Positions 41,337-51,138 of a DNA stretch of 64,000 bases are shown piece after piece. Position numbers and translations under genes: made by a program. Below the pieces are notes generated by a model. It saw nothing but the letters and a program-made list of their open reading frames with translations, had not been told where the DNA came from and made no database searches. The stretch comes from Geopsychrobacteraceae bacterium. Its GTDB lineage: Bacteria; Desulfobacterota; Desulfuromonadia; Desulfuromonadales; Geopsychrobacteraceae. The stretch covers positions 3,168,001 to 3,232,000 of the forward strand of contig OY759353.1 in assembly GCA_963662315.1 (NCBI GenBank), read 5' to 3'. Numbering within the stretch: position 1 is the stretch's first letter; each line of letters starts with the position of its first letter.

Positions 41337-43856
41337 TCAGTCTTCACGCAGATAACGCGATGGTTTTTGTCCCAGTGCTTTCCAGGTTCCCGCCAGGCCC
41401 AGAATCAGGGTCAGAATAACCGCAACCACCAGAGTTATCATGATGACGCCGGGAGCAAGACGATAGGTGGCTTCAAGGGGGCCTTTAATCACGGCCATGG
41501 CGGCCAGTGACCCGGCGAGCAGGCTGACCAGCCCGGCGCAGAACCCCAGCAGGATGAACTCGCTGGCAAAAGCGAGCAGCACGTCTTTGCGGGTAGCGCC
41601 ACACACTTTAAGGATAACCGCGTCGCGGATGCGGCGATGCTGGTCAGCCGAAACAGCGCCAGTGAGGACCAGCAGGCCACTTAGCAGGGCAATGGCGGCA
41701 ACACCTTTGAAGACCCACCCGATGCGTTGCAGGGTGGTGGCGACATTGTTCAGGATTTCCCGTACAGATAAGGCTGATACATTGGTGAAGCGGTCAGTCA
41801 CCTGCTTGTAGACCTGTTCTTCCAGCTGCGGCTGCAGCTGGGCGGCGGCAATATAGCTCTGTGGTGCGTTTTCCAGGGTTCCGGGGGCAAAGATCAGGGC
41901 GAAATTCAGTTCCATGGTCGACCAGTCGACTTCGCGAATGTTAGCGATTTCGGCCGTGATGGCACGACCCAGGATATTGACGGTCAAGGTGTCGCCAATA
42001 GCCACATGAAACCCGCGGGCCAGATCCTCTGTCAGTGAGATCAGGGGCGCACCTTGGTATGTTTCAGGCCACCAGTCCCCTGCCGTTATCACCGTACCTT
42101 CTGGTAATGAGGTCCGGTAACTGAGGTAACGATCGCCGCGTATCGCCCAGCTGACATCAGGAGCTATGTTGGCCTGTTCCACCGGAACGTTGTTGATTGC
42201 GGTAATGCGACCGCGTAAAGTTGGCGAGGCCTGCAAAGAGTTGCCGGCCGGAAGCTGGTTAAATATGGCATTAAAGTTCTTAATCTGGTCTGGCTGAATA
42301 TCAAAGAAAAAATAAGCCGGGGCATTTTGGGGCAAGGTTTCGCTGACCATATCGTCTAGGTTGGTCTGGATCTGGGCGATCATGACCAGAACGGTCAGCC
42401 CGATGCCCAGGGAAAAGAGAATGCCGCCGGCTGGCGCGCCGGGCCGGGTAATATTGGCCTGGGCCAGACGCAATGGCGCGTAGCTGCTGCGGGGTACTTT
42501 CGCCGTGATTCTGATTGTGGCGACCGAAAGCAGCTTGAAGAGTATGAAGCACAGCATGGACCCAGCTAGAAACCAGAGGGCAAGCGTACGGTCGGGGCTG
42601 CTGATTATGGCCAGGCATGCCAGCAGTAAGCCGGTTACAAAGGTGGCTATTCTGACCCCGCGGCCAGGACGCATCTGTTCCAGTCCGGCATAACCGCGAA
42701 AAAGAGTAGCCGGTGACACCTGGCAGGCTTTGCCCAGTTCCTGTAACGAAAACAACATGGCGATCAACAGGCCATAAAGCATGGCCAGAGCCCAGATTTC
42801 CGGATAAATCCCCGGTGCCATGGGGAGTGGAAAACTGCTGCCATAAATCTGCACCAGCAACCAGGGAAGCATGGCTCCCAGGGCCAGCCCGGCCGCTGAA
42901 CCAATACCACCCAGAAAAAGTACCTGAAGGAGATAGGTGGTGAAGATGGTCGTGCGGGTGGCTCCAAGGCATTTGAGGGTAGCAATATTGTGGATTTTAG
43001 CACCCAGATAACCGCGTACCGCCCCGGTGACACCCAGGCCGCCGACCAGCAGCGAGCACAGGCCCAGCAGGGTCAGGTTGGTTTCCATGCGGTCGAGGAA
43101 GTTGCGGACCCTGGGCGCCGCGTCACGCCAGGTTCTGATGCGCCAGCCAGCCTCGGGAAATTGTTTTTCCAGTTGTTTTTTTAACAGCAGCATCTGACTT
43201 TTATCGGTCAGTTTCAGGCGGTAGGCATACCTGAGCAGGCTGCCAGGTTGAATCAGTCCGGTGGCGGCCAAGTCCTGATCAGCGATCATCACTCTGGGGC
43301 CAAGGTTAAAGGCCCGGATGGTCCGGTCTGGTTCTGTTTCTATGACGGCTTTGATGGTGAAGAGGGTGTCACCTACCTGAATCTGATCACCGATCTGCGT
43401 GCCAAAGCGTTGCAGGAACGATTTTTCAACCACTGCCCCTTTGCCGCTCAGGATCTCTGTCAATCGCATTGGATTGCTGAGTTTGACCGCTCCATAGAGG
43501 GGGTAGAGATCATCGACACTTTTCAACTCGACAAGGCCGCGCGCTCCACTTTGGGGAATACGGGCCATGGTGCGCAGCTCCCGGACCAGGCTGACCTTGC
43601 CCTCCTGGTTAAGAAACGTCAATTGCTGTGCCGATAACGGTCGCTGGTTTAAGGTGATTTCGAGGTCGCCGCCGAGCAGGGCGCCGGCATCATCGAGCAA
43701 ACCTTGACGTGCAGCAGCACTGAAGTGACCAATAGCGGAAATGGCAAAGATACCGAGGAAGATGCAGGTCAGAAAGACACCAAAGCCACGCAGACCATGA
43801 CGCAGCTCCCGGCGCATCAGACGTAGGGATTGGCTGAGTACCGTTGCGGTGTTCAT
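41337..43856 (-). CDS. ybbP: ABC transporter permease, YbbP/FtsX-like
   Basis: 839 aa with two FtsX-like halves (LLGGDL, ATLKCLGA, FFDIQPDQ). Confidence 0.85.
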   Translation of the reverse strand: MNTATVLSQSLRLMRRELRHGLRGFGVFLTCIFLGIFAISAIGHFSAAARQGLLDDAGALLGGDLEITLNQRPLSAQQLTFLNQEGKVSLVRELRTMARIPQSGARGLVELKSVDDLYPLYGAVKLSNPMRLTEILSGKGAVVEKSFLQRFGTQIGDQIQVGDTLFTIKAVIETEPDRTIRAFNLGPRVMIADQDLAATGLIQPGSLLRYAYRLKLTDKSQMLLLKKQLEKQFPEAGWRIRTWRDAAPRVRNFLDRMETNLTLLGLCSLLVGGLGVTGAVRGYLGAKIHNIATLKCLGATRTTIFTTYLLQVLFLGGIGSAAGLALGAMLPWLLVQIYGSSFPLPMAPGIYPEIWALAMLYGLLIAMLFSLQELGKACQVSPATLFRGYAGLEQMRPGRGVRIATFVTGLLLACLAIISSPDRTLALWFLAGSMLCFILFKLLSVATIRITAKVPRSSYAPLRLAQANITRPGAPAGGILFSLGIGLTVLVMIAQIQTNLDDMVSETLPQNAPAYFFFDIQPDQIKNFNAIFNQLPAGNSLQASPTLRGRITAINNVPVEQANIAPDVSWAIRGDRYLSYRTSLPEGTVITAGDWWPETYQGAPLISLTEDLARGFHVAIGDTLTVNILGRAITAEIANIREVDWSTMELNFALIFAPGTLENAPQSYIAAAQLQPQLEEQVYKQVTDRFTNVSALSVREILNNVATTLQRIGWVFKGVAAIALLSGLLVLTGAVSADQHRRIRDAVILKVCGATRKDVLLAFASEFILLGFCAGLVSLLAGSLAAMAVIKGPLEATYRLAPGVIMITLVVAVILTLILGLAGTWKALGQKPSRYLRED

Positions 43857-44545
43857 GAGGCTGCCCGCTTGTCCATATCTTCAAGACGCCCGTCGGCCAT
43901 GCGCACCCGTCTCTGGCAGCGGTTGGCCAGACGATTATCGTGAGTAATCAGTACCAGGGTGGTCCCCTGCTCCTGTTGTAGCCTGAACAGTAACTCCATA
44001 ACCATTTCCCCGGTTTCCTGGTCGAGGTTACCGGTTGGTTCGTCAGCCAGTATCAGGGTGGGGTTGGCAACAAAGGCGCGGGCCAGGGCGACGCGCTGCT
44101 GTTCCCCGCCGGATAACTGACCAGGGTAATGTCTGGCACGCTGTTCAAGTCCGGTGGCTTTAAGGGCAGCCAGGGCTCGTTCCTGAATATGGTGGCTTTG
44201 AGAAAATTCCAGCGGGAGAGCGACATTTTCCAGTGCGGTCATGGTTGGGATAAGATGGAACGACTGAAATACAATACCGATCTGCTGCCGGCGAAAGCGG
44301 GCCAGCTCATCTTCCGATAATCCGTTCAGCTGAGTTCCGGCAATGATAATTTCACCGCCACTGATCTTCTCCAACCCTGCCAAGGCCATGAGCAGGGTTG
44401 TTTTGCCGGCACCCGAGGGACCGACAATACTTATGGTTTCGCCACGCTCAATAACCAGGTCGATGCCACGCAGGATATTGACCCGACCGGCTCCTCCTTC
44501 TAGACTTAAGTGAAGATTTGCAATATTGATAAGGGATGACGCCAT
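43853..44545 (-). CDS. ybbA: ABC transporter ATP-binding protein, YbbA-like
   Basis: [34 protein letters not shown] before ATG 44545. Confidence 0.88.
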   Translation of the reverse strand: MASSLINIANLHLSLEGGAGRVNILRGIDLVIERGETISIVGPSGAGKTTLLMALAGLEKISGGEIIIAGTQLNGLSEDELARFRRQQIGIVFQSFHLIPTMTALENVALPLEFSQSHHIQERALAALKATGLEQRARHYPGQLSGGEQQRVALARAFVANPTLILADEPTGNLDQETGEMVMELLFRLQQEQGTTLVLITHDNRLANRCQRRVRMADGRLEDMDKRAAS

Positions 44546-45167
44546 GAAAACTCCTCTTTGTTTGTTTCTTACCGTAAGTATAATGCTTGTAGGTGTGCAG
44601 ATGGGATATGCAGACAAAAAAATAACCATATTAGCGTTTGGCGATAGCCTGACGGCTGGCTACGGATTGTCTGGAGAGGATGCATTTCCTGTTCAACTTG
44701 AAGCGGCATTGAAGGCACGTGGGCACCAGGTACAGATCATCAATGCCGGGGTTTCCGGAGATACCAGTGCCGGTGGTATTGCCCGCATAGATTGGAGCCT
44801 GGCAGATAAGCCGGATGTCGTTATTGTCGAACTGGGAGCCAATGATGCCTTGAGAGGTCTTGATCCCAAGGGCACAAAAAAGAATCTACAGGTGATTATT
44901 CAGAAGAGCCGTCAGGCCGGTGCCCGCGTGTTGCTGGTAGGTATGAAAGCGCCACCGAGTCTTGGCACCGAGTATGTCGAGCGCTTCGATCCCATTTATC
45001 CGGAGTTGGCTGCAGAGCTGTCAGTACCGCTTTATCCTTTCTTTCTGCAAGGGGTTGCTGGGCGCGCCGAGCTGAATCTGAACGACGGCATTCACCCTAC
45101 CGCAGCCGGGGTCAAGATTATCGTTGAAAATATCCTGCCCTATGTAGAAAAGGCCCTGCCCCGTTAA
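44544..45167 (+). CDS. tesA: SGNH arylesterase / acyl-CoA thioesterase I
   Basis: FGDSLTAGYG, NAGVSGDT, ELGAND, DGIHP; signal peptide. Confidence 0.9.
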   Translation: MKTPLCLFLTVSIMLVGVQMGYADKKITILAFGDSLTAGYGLSGEDAFPVQLEAALKARGHQVQIINAGVSGDTSAGGIARIDWSLADKPDVVIVELGANDALRGLDPKGTKKNLQVIIQKSRQAGARVLLVGMKAPPSLGTEYVERFDPIYPELAAELSVPLYPFFLQGVAGRAELNLNDGIHPTAAGVKIIVENILPYVEKALPR

Positions 45168-46054
45168 CCAGCCTGCAGCAGCTTGGGGCTCAGCTTCACT
45201 GTCGTTAAAAACGTCAGCAACTCTGCTGGCAATGGGCAACTGACTTCAACCTGGAGGCCGTCAAAGGGGTTGATAAAGGCCAGACGGTTGCAGTGCAGGA
45301 ATAGCCGGGGTAGTTGTGCCGGACAAGGACCATGGTAACGCTGATCGCCATACAGAGGATGGCCAAGTTCGGCAAACTGACGTCGAATCTGGTGCTGGCG
45401 GCCTGTCTCCAGACGTACCTCCAATAAAGATGCAGTTTTATTTGTAGCAATTGCCTGGTATTTGCTGACCGCTTCCTTGATCTTTCCTTTGGCCGGGAGC
45501 TCGGAAATTATCCGTCCTTTCTGATCAACTTTTCCCGCTACTAAGGCTAGATAGCCTTTTGTGACTTCACCACTCATAAAAAGCTTGCCCAATTCAGAAC
45601 AGCTTTTCTTTCCTTTGCCGAACAGGACCGGTCCAGAGGTTTCCAGATCGAGTCTCTGGATCGGACTGACCTGAAAATGTTCTTTTCGCGCACCATAATA
45701 GTCCGCTATTTGATCAGTCAAATTCCGTTTTTCATGCCCTTTGGATGCGTGCACAGCAAGCCCCGCAGGCTTGTTTACAATCACAATTTCGCGGCTTTCG
45801 AAAAGAATTTCGAGAGGCGGCACAGGCTCATGAGGGGTTTCCAACAGCTCGAGAATACGTTGACTTTCCGGTAATTGTATACAATCTCCAGGACCAACTA
45901 AGGTGCCTGCCTCAAGTGTGTCATGGTTTCTTTTGACGCGTCCTTTTTTTATGAGCTGATGCAGGTAGCCAAGGGGAGCTTCCGGGAGTGAGTTGTGCAG
46001 AAATTCTTCAATTGTTACGGGGGTGGCTTTTTCTGAAACAGTCAGTTTCGGCAT
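45164..46054 (-). CDS. RluA-family pseudouridine synthase with S4 domain
   Basis: NKPAGL, QRLDLETSG, TGRQHQIR, HPLYGD, LFLH. Confidence 0.9.
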   Translation of the reverse strand: MPKLTVSEKATPVTIEEFLHNSLPEAPLGYLHQLIKKGRVKRNHDTLEAGTLVGPGDCIQLPESQRILELLETPHEPVPPLEILFESREIVIVNKPAGLAVHASKGHEKRNLTDQIADYYGARKEHFQVSPIQRLDLETSGPVLFGKGKKSCSELGKLFMSGEVTKGYLALVAGKVDQKGRIISELPAKGKIKEAVSKYQAIATNKTASLLEVRLETGRQHQIRRQFAELGHPLYGDQRYHGPCPAQLPRLFLHCNRLAFINPFDGLQVEVSCPLPAELLTFLTTVKLSPKLLQAG

Positions 46055-46276
46055 GGTGAATCAGCTCCATAATTAAACGGTAAAAGGATCAAAATGAGAC
46101 AAGCACTGAAAGCGTTTTAAACCAGTGGTCTATTCTGTAAAACGAAAAATTAGTTAACTTATTGATTTATCGATACTTTTTCTGGTTTTTTGGTTGCAAA
46201 AACGTAGCGTTCCTGTATACTTCAAAACAACAAAACATGTGAATAATAACTTCATATAGAACAAAGGAGCTCAGTT

Positions 46277-46492
46277 ATGAAGTGCCCAGTATGTCACAGT
46301 CTCGATCAGAACGAAATGGATCTGCAATCGGATCAATTTAAAGAAGGCATTTTCGAATGCCATCATTGCGGAGCCGTCTGGGCTGTTAATCATGACCTGG
46401 TTGAAATGGTCAATGATCCCCAGGCAGAATCCTTCCTTGCTGCAACAACTGAATCAGTAGAGAGCGACGATTACTGCTTCGCAACTGCCTAA
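46277..46492 (+). CDS. Small zinc-ribbon protein (71 aa)
   Basis: CPVC...CHHC, AAGGAG RBS, upstream TTGCAA-N16-TATACT and a downstream terminator. Confidence 0.75.
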   Translation: MKCPVCHSLDQNEMDLQSDQFKEGIFECHHCGAVWAVNHDLVEMVNDPQAESFLAATTESVESDDYCFATA

Positions 46493-46656
46493 TTCAGATT
46501 TTAATAGATATTTATATTAATGGCCGCTGGTTAATTCCTGTGGCCTTTTTCTTTTTGCGCCGCTGATTTCTGCCCCTGTTCTGATTATCTTTTTCACTGA
46601 TCATTATCTTCAGCTCCACATTATCTGGCGATCACTACTGAGCCTAATAAAAAATA

Positions 46657-46672
46657 TTAGTCATTTGACTAA
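46657..46672. promoter_or_regulatory. Palindromic TetR-type operator
   Basis: TTAGTCA-TT-TGACTAA, 65 nt upstream of the TetR gene and overlapping a TTGACT hexamer. Confidence 0.6.
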
Positions 46673-46737
46673 GAATTGTCATACGTCTAAATTTTGATGA
46701 ATATGACTCACAAAGATTTTTTTGGGGCTAACTACTC

Positions 46738-47373
46738 ATGGCAGAATATCAAACCAGTGTCAAAACGCGAAATGCCCTGATCAGGGCGACCGGGGAGCTT
46801 GCTGCCGAGCGAGGTTTCAGCTCTGTCTCAATTCGGGCGATAGCGACCCGGGCGCGGCAGAATATTGGCAGTATCCATTACCATTTCGGGACCAAACAGA
46901 AACTGTTTGCGGCGGTTGTTGATGAGGTTGCAAAGCGTTGGCGGGACGGGCGTCTTGAGTCTGCCTTCTCTTCCCTGGATCTGAGCCGTCGTGAAGATCA
47001 GGCGTGTGCGCTGGCTGCGGTTATTCGGCGTCAGGCGGACCTGTTGTTTGACCAGACGGTTCCTGAATGGCATTGTCGGGTCATTTATCAGTTGATGCAG
47101 TCGCCCGATGTTCTGAATGAGACCTTTCGTGATGCGGTGGCCGAACCGGAGTTGCGCCAGATTGAAATGCTGATCAGAGCTATTGATCCCACGCTCAAGG
47201 ATGCTGAGGTGCAGATTCATCTATACGTGCTGATTGCGCCCTTATTACTGCATGCCGATTATCGTAAGGCACTACTCAGAAAAATGGGGACGGAAACCTA
47301 CGCTCAGGAATATATCGATAATCTGGTCAAGCTATGTATTGACCAGGCTTTGCGCCAATTCGGATTGGTTTAA
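46738..47373 (+). CDS. TetR/AcrR-family regulator (CerR/YbiH-like C-terminus)
   Basis: N-terminal HTH (AERGF..VSIRAIA..A..NIGSIHYHFGTK). Confidence 0.88.
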   Translation: MAEYQTSVKTRNALIRATGELAAERGFSSVSIRAIATRARQNIGSIHYHFGTKQKLFAAVVDEVAKRWRDGRLESAFSSLDLSRREDQACALAAVIRRQADLLFDQTVPEWHCRVIYQLMQSPDVLNETFRDAVAEPELRQIEMLIRAIDPTLKDAEVQIHLYVLIAPLLLHADYRKALLRKMGTETYAQEYIDNLVKLCIDQALRQFGLV

Positions 47374-47516
47374 CTCAGCACGGATCTGATGGTTTCGGCA
47401 AATTCAGTCATATTCAAAGGCTTCAGACAATATGCATCAATACCCAGTTCTCTGGCCTGGTTTTCATTCACCTTATTGCTGTAATCGGTCAGCAGAATCG
47501 TCAGGAGATCGGCGCA
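47370..47516 (-). pseudogene. Out-of-frame C-terminal half of a receiver domain trailing the PAS kinase
   Basis: An alternate frame reads CADLLTILLTDYSNKVNENQARELGIDAYCLKPLNMTEFAETIRSVLS*, i.e. REC beta4-alpha5 with KP. The N-terminal half of the domain is absent. Confidence 0.7.
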
Positions 47517-50341
47517 GCTTGCTGTTCCTGTCTTTCTGTGCTCACATCTGAGAAGGGAAAAAACAGCTCGAAAGTCGTTCCTGTGCCTACGGAACTGTCG
47601 ACCCGAATGAAGCCATTATGCTGCTTGACAATACCCTGAACTGTCGCCAGCCCCATGCCGGTGCCTTGACCAATGCCTTTGGTCGTGAAAAACGGGTCAA
47701 ATATTTTTTCTATTGCCGCAGCGCTGATCCCGCAACCGGTGTCGGATACGGACAGCTTGACGAATTTTCCGCCAACAGCTTCATAGTCGGCGGGAAGATC
47801 TCTATGCTTCAATTCAGCCATGCTTAAGTGGATGGAAAGCGTTCCTTTTTCATCCATGGCGTGGACGGCATTATTACACAGGTTAAGCAATGCCTCCTGA
47901 ATCTGGCTGGAGTCGGCAATAATCTCAACCCCCTTTATCAGGTCATTGCTGGCTTTCAGCTCGATCGTTGCCGGCAAGGTTGATTGAATCAGGTTCAGTG
48001 TTTCCTCGACAACAAGAGCTATATTGGTAGGTCCTCTTTGGGACGCATCCTGACGACTGTAGGTCAGAATCTGGGAAACCAGATCGCGTGAACGTAAAGC
48101 GGCTTTTGTTGCTGTGTCAATATAGTGGAGTAGTTTACCGGGGTTATCCAGTCGTCGCTTTGCCATTTCCAGACTACCAAGAATGGCGGCAAGAGCGTTG
48201 TTGAAGTTATGCGCTATTCCCCCTGCCATAAGGCCAACGGCCTCCATTTTATATTTCTGGCGCAGTTGGTTTTGCAGGTGAAGAAGTTCGCTCAAGTCAT
48301 AGAAGATGGCCAATAACATTGTGCGGCCGGCATACTCTATCTGTTTTGCCCTGATTTCAACATCAATAAGCTTGCCCGAAGAGGTGATGCATTGCTGAAC
48401 AATGGGGACGCTATTCGGGTGGGTCTTGCGGTTGATAAAGTTATAGGTTTTTACATCCGGAGAGCGCTGATTTTCCGGATGTAAAATTGACTGATGCTTG
48501 CCAAGAATTTCCTCCCTGCTGCGTTCGACCATATTGGCAAGGGCCTGGTTGCACTCAATAATTATTCCCGTCTCGGTATCGGCAAGGGCAATGCCGGTGT
48601 TGGCTTCAGTGACCAGAATCTTGTACTTTTCTTCTGTTAGTTTGCGTTCGGTGATGTCACGGGTAATAGTCAGGATGATCTGTTCGCCTTCAAGTTCGAT
48701 GCGTCTGGCAGATATGAGACCGTGGGTAACTTTTGAATCTTTAGTTAAAAACTCAGCTTCAAGGTTCTCAACGTAACCGTCTTTGGCCAATAGCCTTATC
48801 AGTCTGTCCCTGTCACCGGAGTGTTTCCAGATATTCAGTTCCAAGGAGGATTTTCCGATAACTTCTTCTTTCAGATAACCGGTCAGGGCCAGGAAGCCTT
48901 CGTTGACATCGACATAGGTACCGTCGAGGCGGGTCAGGTTTATGGCATCCGGGCTGGTCTGAAACGCGATTCTGAATTTGCTTTCACTTTCCTTTAGCAG
49001 TTTTTCAGCTGTAAGACGTGCTGTCATGTCGCGGCAGATGCAAAAAATCAGTTTCTGTCCTTTGTAGATAATGGCACTGTTTGAGAGCTCGATATCCTTT
49101 ATCTGGCCATCTTTGCAGTGAAATTGGGTTGTCAGCTGGTGGCCGCTTTTGTTAATACCAGTCGCCAGGGAGAGAATGTCTGCTTTATTAAACTGGCCGT
49201 CCCAGTCCCATATATGTAATTCTGAGACCTCCGCGAGTGGGTAGCCAATGAGCTCTGCGAAACATTGGTTCGCCTCAACAACTTTACAGTGTTCATCGAT
49301 CAGAACTATGCCATCGTTTGAACTTTCGATGAGTAGGCGGCGGCTGGCGATTTCATCTTGCAGGCGTTCTTCGGTCTGTTTGCGGATGGTAATTTCAGCT
49401 TTCAGCCGCTTATTCCAGCTCAGAAAAAAGCCAGCAAATAGAAGGGCAACAAAAGCGGCACTCAAACCCCATTCAATGATATCCTGAGTCTGGATGCCAT
49501 GGTCAAAACGAATGGCGATCCATTTCTGAATAATTTCATTATGTTTTTCTCTGGGGATGGCATCCAGCGCTTTATTGAAAATAGTGACCAGCTCAGGCCA
49601 GTCTTTTCTGACTGCAATTGACAGCGCGTAGTCGTCAAATGACGTTGGCGCGGCAATTTTCAGATTGGCCAGGCCATAATGTTCGATCAGGTAAGAGGCT
49701 GTCGCCAGATTCTCAATGTAGGCATCTGCTTTGCCCATGGAGACAGCTTTCATTGCCTCGGTGGGCGAAGCAACATTGGACGGGGTAAAGTTAATGCCTG
49801 CCCCTTCAAGCAAGGAAAACCCCATGCTTTTATTGACAAAAACCACCCTTTGATTATGCAGGCCCTGAAGGTTGCTTATGAACGGGGCGTCTTTTTGGTT
49901 GACGATGATAAGCGGAAACGACAGATAGGGCTGCGTATAGTTTAGGTAGCCATCCCGTTCAGGGCTGATGCCGGCACAACTGAGGACGTCAATCTGTTGG
50001 TTTTGGATTTTTTGCAGGATTTGAGGCCAGGGCTGAGGTGCGGCAATTTCGATGTGAAGGCCGATCATTTGGGCGATCAAAAAAATATAATCGGTCGCAA
50101 TCCCCTGAAAAACGCCATCTTTCGAGTAATATTGAAAGGGTGGGAAGGCTTGGGGTCCGCTAAGGCGTATGGTTTGATGCTTATTTAGCCATTCCTGCTC
50201 TGCTTCGGTAAGGGAGAAGGACGCGGCCTCCGTAGTATTTGCAAAACAGAACATCAGGCTCAGCATGACAATAAAGGAGAATAACTTTTGAGAGGGTTTC
50301 ACCTGTGTTGCATCAAAGGCGCTAGGAGCACATAGCTTCAT
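47501..50341 (-). CDS. Sensor histidine kinase: periplasmic solute-binding domain, three PAS domains, HisKA/HATPase
   Basis: FPPF periplasmic binding fold, TM, PAS repeats, AGGIAHNFNN, FDPFFTTK, GTGMGL. Confidence 0.9.
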   Translation of the reverse strand: MKLCAPSAFDATQVKPSQKLFSFIVMLSLMFCFANTTEAASFSLTEAEQEWLNKHQTIRLSGPQAFPPFQYYSKDGVFQGIATDYIFLIAQMIGLHIEIAAPQPWPQILQKIQNQQIDVLSCAGISPERDGYLNYTQPYLSFPLIIVNQKDAPFISNLQGLHNQRVVFVNKSMGFSLLEGAGINFTPSNVASPTEAMKAVSMGKADAYIENLATASYLIEHYGLANLKIAAPTSFDDYALSIAVRKDWPELVTIFNKALDAIPREKHNEIIQKWIAIRFDHGIQTQDIIEWGLSAAFVALLFAGFFLSWNKRLKAEITIRKQTEERLQDEIASRRLLIESSNDGIVLIDEHCKVVEANQCFAELIGYPLAEVSELHIWDWDGQFNKADILSLATGINKSGHQLTTQFHCKDGQIKDIELSNSAIIYKGQKLIFCICRDMTARLTAEKLLKESESKFRIAFQTSPDAINLTRLDGTYVDVNEGFLALTGYLKEEVIGKSSLELNIWKHSGDRDRLIRLLAKDGYVENLEAEFLTKDSKVTHGLISARRIELEGEQIILTITRDITERKLTEEKYKILVTEANTGIALADTETGIIIECNQALANMVERSREEILGKHQSILHPENQRSPDVKTYNFINRKTHPNSVPIVQQCITSSGKLIDVEIRAKQIEYAGRTMLLAIFYDLSELLHLQNQLRQKYKMEAVGLMAGGIAHNFNNALAAILGSLEMAKRRLDNPGKLLHYIDTATKAALRSRDLVSQILTYSRQDASQRGPTNIALVVEETLNLIQSTLPATIELKASNDLIKGVEIIADSSQIQEALLNLCNNAVHAMDEKGTLSIHLSMAELKHRDLPADYEAVGGKFVKLSVSDTGCGISAAAIEKIFDPFFTTKGIGQGTGMGLATVQGIVKQHNGFIRVDSSVGTGTTFELFFPFSDVSTERQEQQAAPIS

Positions 50342-50581
50342 CAGGACCTCTTTGAGTGGAGAGGAAAGTCATTTCAATTATCGCATACGGAGTCGTTTGT
50401 TTAAGCGAACCGGGCTGAGGAGTTATGCAGTAGTGTCGCCATCATAGCGATTATGTCAATAAAAAAGTCATGGGTGATCTGGTAAATTAATACAGATTTG
50501 CCGCAAACAATGGACTTTGAGCTTGCTGGGATGTGTCATTTTGTTCTGGTATTTTGTTTTTGCGGGAAAGGAGTGAGATTC

Positions 50582-51130
50582 ATGAGACTGTTTATTGCCA
50601 TTCCCCTTACGAGCGAGGTTAGAACTGAATTGATGGCGGTCGTGGGTGACCTGTGCCGCGTTATCCCCATGGCCAAATGGGTCAAGGCGGAAAACCTGCA
50701 CCTGACCCTGAAGTTTCTCGGGGCTGTTAGCCAGGAACAGGTTCCCGAAATTATTAAGGCGTTGAACGAAGTTGGTCGCCAGGAGCATGCTTTTGATTGT
50801 TTTCTGACCCGCTTTGGAACATTCCCTGCGCACGGTCAGCCACGGGTTCTCTATGTGGCAACCGATCAGCAACTGCGTCTGTCCGCTCTGGTCCGAACTC
50901 TTGAAGGGAAGCTCGCGCCTCTTGGCTTTGCTTCCGGGGGGCGGTTTATGTCCCACATCACCCTGGCACGCTTTCACAAAGGAAATCCGCTAGATCTTAA
51001 GCCTCTCCTGGCAAGCCCGATCAACTTTCATGCCCCTTTTGCCATTAACGGTATCAGTTTTATTGACAGTCAACTAGGCCCGCAAGGAGCTTTCTATACA
51101 GAGTTGCATCGGGCAGCGTTCCTGACTTAG
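50582..51130 (+). CDS. thpR: RNA 2',3'-cyclic phosphodiesterase
   Basis: MRLFIAI and two HxT motifs (LHLTL, SHITL); AAGGAG RBS. Confidence 0.9.
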   Translation: MRLFIAIPLTSEVRTELMAVVGDLCRVIPMAKWVKAENLHLTLKFLGAVSQEQVPEIIKALNEVGRQEHAFDCFLTRFGTFPAHGQPRVLYVATDQQLRLSALVRTLEGKLAPLGFASGGRFMSHITLARFHKGNPLDLKPLLASPINFHAPFAINGISFIDSQLGPQGAFYTELHRAAFLT

Positions 51131-51138
51131 CCATTTCG

